Below, piece by piece: positions 23,717-25,927 of a stretch of 25,927 bases of DNA. Position 1 is the first letter of the stretch; each line of letters starts with the position of its first letter. The position numbers were made by a program, and so were the translations under genes. The stretch lies in the IMG/VR virus record IMGVR_UViG_3300031990_000028, positions 1 through 25,927 of that record, one strand, 5' to 3'. Under the pieces are notes generated by a model. The model did no database searches and was not told where the DNA came from. It was given only the letters and a program-made list of their open reading frames with translations. This DNA is from a virus (lineage: Duplodnaviria; Caudoviricetes).

Positions 23717-25927
23717 ATGGCCCTCGAACCCCTGAAAGTCAGAGTCGAGGCCGACACGCGGCAGCTCATCGAGCGGTTCGCACAGAGCAAGCGCGCGGTC
23801 AAGGGGCTGGAGGGCGAGTTCAAGGCCGCCACCGCGGCGGTGGCCGATGCCGCGCGCCGCCTCCGCGCCACGCCGGGCGACCAGACCCTGGCGAAGGAGT
23901 TCGAGCGGCTGAAGCGGGCCGCCGGCGGTGCCAAGGGTGCCTTTGAGGCCAAGCGGCTGGAGACCGAGCAACTGCGCCGGGCGCTGGCGGCCCAGGGCGT
24001 GAGCGTGGCGAACCTGGCGGCGGACTGGCGCCGGCTGCAGGCGGCTCAGAGGATGAGCCAGCCGATCAGCACGACGATCCCGGCCAGGACGAAGGGCGCG
24101 AGCGCGGCGGCGAGCGCGGTGTCGAAAAGAGACCAGGAGGGCTTGTCGCGCATCGAGGGCACCGTTGATCGGTTGTCGGCCAAGATCGGGCTGATGGGCC
24201 ATCTTGCCACGGCGGTGTTCACCGTGGATCAGATCCTGCCCTATCTGGGCGCGCTGGGCCGGATCTCCGACGAGTACGCCAGCTTCAACGCGCAACTGGC
24301 GTTGGCCACCCAGCGGGGCGGTGACCTGGCCGCGGCGCAGGCGGACGTGGCGCGCATCGCCCGCGCCGCGGCCAGCGGGATCGGCGAGACGGCGGTGCTC
24401 TACGCCCGCCTGGCACCCAGCGTGCGCGCCCTCGGGCTCGGGCAGGCGGAGGTGGCCAAGGTCACGGAGACGGTGGCGCTGGCGCTGCGCGTGTCGGGTG
24501 CCAGCGCGGCCGAGGCCGGATCCGCGATCCTGCAACTCTCGCAGGCCTTCGGCTCCGGCGTGCTCCGGGGTGAGGAGTTCAACAGCGTCAACGAGGCCGC
24601 GCCGCGCCTGATGCAGGCGCTGGCCGATGCGATCGGGCAGCCCCGCGGCGAGCTTCGCGGCCTGGCTGAGCAGGGCCGGCTCTCCGCCGAGGTGCTGGCG
24701 CTGGCCCTGCCGAAGGCCCTTGAGCAGTTGCGCGCCGAGGCCGCCGGCATGCCGCAGACGGTCGGCGGGGCCTTCGTCAACCTGCGCAACGAATTCATGC
24801 TGTTCGTCGGCCGCATCAACGAGGGCGTGGGGGTCTTCCGGGTGTTCGCCGACGTGGTGACGGCCCTGGCCAGTAACCTCACCACGGTGTTGACTGGCCT
24901 CACGGCCGCCGCCGCCGCCTATTTCGCGCGCCAACTCGCCGACATCGCCCTGGTGCGCCTCGCCGAAGCGCGCGCGGCGCGCGCGAAGCTCGCCGAAACC
25001 GCCAGCCAGGCGGCGGCCACCGGCGCGGCACAACAGGCCGAGCTGCGCGGGATCGCGGGCCTGGTGGCCGCCTACCGTGGGCTGGCCATCGCCAGCAGCA
25101 GCGCCAGTGCCACCGCGGTGGCGGCGAATTCGCGGCTGATGCTGATGATCGGCGGGGTGCTGCGGCTCCTGACCGGGCCGGTGGGCCTGGCGGTGTCGAT
25201 CGGCCTGGCCGCCGCCGCCTGGATCGGCTTCCGGCGCGAGGGCACGGCGGCGCTCGACGCGGTGATGGAGCGCCAGCGCGCCTTCCTGGCCCAGCAGGGG
25301 CAGCCGGCCGCGGTGAGGGCGGCGGCGGCCGATCCGCGCAGTGCCGAGCTCGACGCCGCCGAGCGCCAACTCGAGCAACGGGCGCAAGAGATCAGGAAGC
25401 GCCTGGGGCGCTTCAGAGGGCCCCAGCGGGACCCCGAGTTCGAGCGCATGGTGGCCGATTACAACCTGGCCCGCGAGGGGCTGGCGCGCGAGCGCGAGGC
25501 GGTGACCCGCGAGGTGGCCGAGTCCGCACGCCTCGACGCCGAGCGCGAGCGGCTGCTGGCCGAGGCCCTGCAAAAAGGCACAGTCGATAGGCCTGCCGCG
25601 CCACCCACCGCCACCGATCCCCGCGGCCGGGCCGATGCGCGCCAGCGCGAGCTGGCGCGCGAGCGCGAGGCCGGGCAGCGGCTGGCCGCGGCCCAGCGCG
25701 ATCTGATCGAGACCCTGGCCGAGCAGTCCGACCGGATCAGCGCGGACTCTACCCAGCGCGAGATCGAACTCAATCGCTCCGCCTTCGAGGCCCGCACCGT
25801 CTCGGCCGAGCGCTACTACGCGCGCCTCAGCGAGCTGCAGCAGCAACAGGCGGCGGCCGAGATCGCGGCGCTCAATCGGCGGCGCCAGGCGGCGGCCGCG
25901 AGCGAGACGCGGGCGCGGGCCGCGGGC
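23717..25927 (+). CDS. Tape measure protein (3' truncated by window)
   Basis: Open frame from MALEPLKVRVEAD to window end; ALRVSGASAAEAGSAILQLSQAFGSGVLRGEEFNSVNEAAPRL tape-measure N-terminal domain. Absent from ORF track because no stop is reached. Confidence 0.95.
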   Translation, partial: MALEPLKVRVEADTRQLIERFAQSKRAVKGLEGEFKAATAAVADAARRLRATPGDQTLAKEFERLKRAAGGAKGAFEAKRLETEQLRRALAAQGVSVANLAADWRRLQAAQRMSQPISTTIPARTKGASAAASAVSKRDQEGLSRIEGTVDRLSAKIGLMGHLATAVFTVDQILPYLGALGRISDEYASFNAQLALATQRGGDLAAAQADVARIARAAASGIGETAVLYARLAPSVRALGLGQAEVAKVTETVALALRVSGASAAEAGSAILQLSQAFGSGVLRGEEFNSVNEAAPRLMQALADAIGQPRGELRGLAEQGRLSAEVLALALPKALEQLRAEAAGMPQTVGGAFVNLRNEFMLFVGRINEGVGVFRVFADVVTALASNLTTVLTGLTAAAAAYFARQLADIALVRLAEARAARAKLAETASQAAATGAAQQAELRGIAGLVAAYRGLAIASSSASATAVAANSRLMLMIGGVLRLLTGPVGLAVSIGLAAAAWIGFRREGTAALDAVMERQRAFLAQQGQPAAVRAAAADPRSAELDAAERQLEQRAQEIRKRLGRFRGPQRDPEFERMVADYNLAREGLAREREAVTREVAESARLDAERERLLAEALQKGTVDRPAAPPTATDPRGRADARQRELAREREAGQRLAAAQRDLIETLAEQSDRISADSTQREIELNRSAFEARTVSAERYYARLSELQQQQAAAEIAALNRRRQAAAASETRARAAG

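Larger units (their letters stand above)
1..25927 (+). mobile_element. Mu-like transposable prophage/phage (partial; siphovirus-type tail)
   Basis: Colinear Mu-type gene order: A, B, gam, gemA, mor, lysin, gp25-gp29, MuF, gp31, protease, capsid, gp36, gp37, tail tube, TAC, TMP. No tail sheath gene between gp37 and TMP. Ends not in window. Confidence 0.97.

Noticed and set aside
23654-25846. 730-aa minus-strand ORF (and similar long antisense ORFs such as 8437..10206, 10080..11747, 13481..15034, 18359..19864)
   Set aside because: Antisense shadows of well-supported + strand genes; stop codons are scarce at this GC and codon bias; no motifs.

Overview
The whole window is the left/central part of a very GC-rich Mu-like transposable (pro)phage with a non-contractile (sipho-type) tail. 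All credible genes are on the + strand. Order: DDE transposase A, AAA+ ATPase B, early genes (HTH-Zn finger, Gam-like, GemA-like, HTH, Mor/C activator), lysis genes (SAR-type lysozyme, lipoprotein, gp25-like), gp26, small and large terminase, portal, then a ~4.5 kb accessory block (TraR-like Zn finger plus a putative fibre/spike module with a tandem lectin-like, 22-aa-repeat protein) between portal and MuF, MuF with a C-terminal nuclease-like extension, gp31, protease/scaffold, cement, capsid, head-tail genes, tail tube, chaperone(s) and a tape measure gene cut by the window end. Repressor/ner and both phage ends are not in the window. Most notable signals: (1) a tRNA-sized four-way-junction RNA with loop-loop complementarity directly behind the MuF nuclease-like domain, where an immunity gene would be expected; (2) two matching Mor/C-type promoter modules that appear to drive leaderless late mRNAs; (3) the fibre cassette with divergent lectin heads joined by near-identical linkers; (4) a dual-start lipoprotein in a lysis cassette with no visible holin. 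Family assignments come from motif recognition and gene order only; no searches were run.
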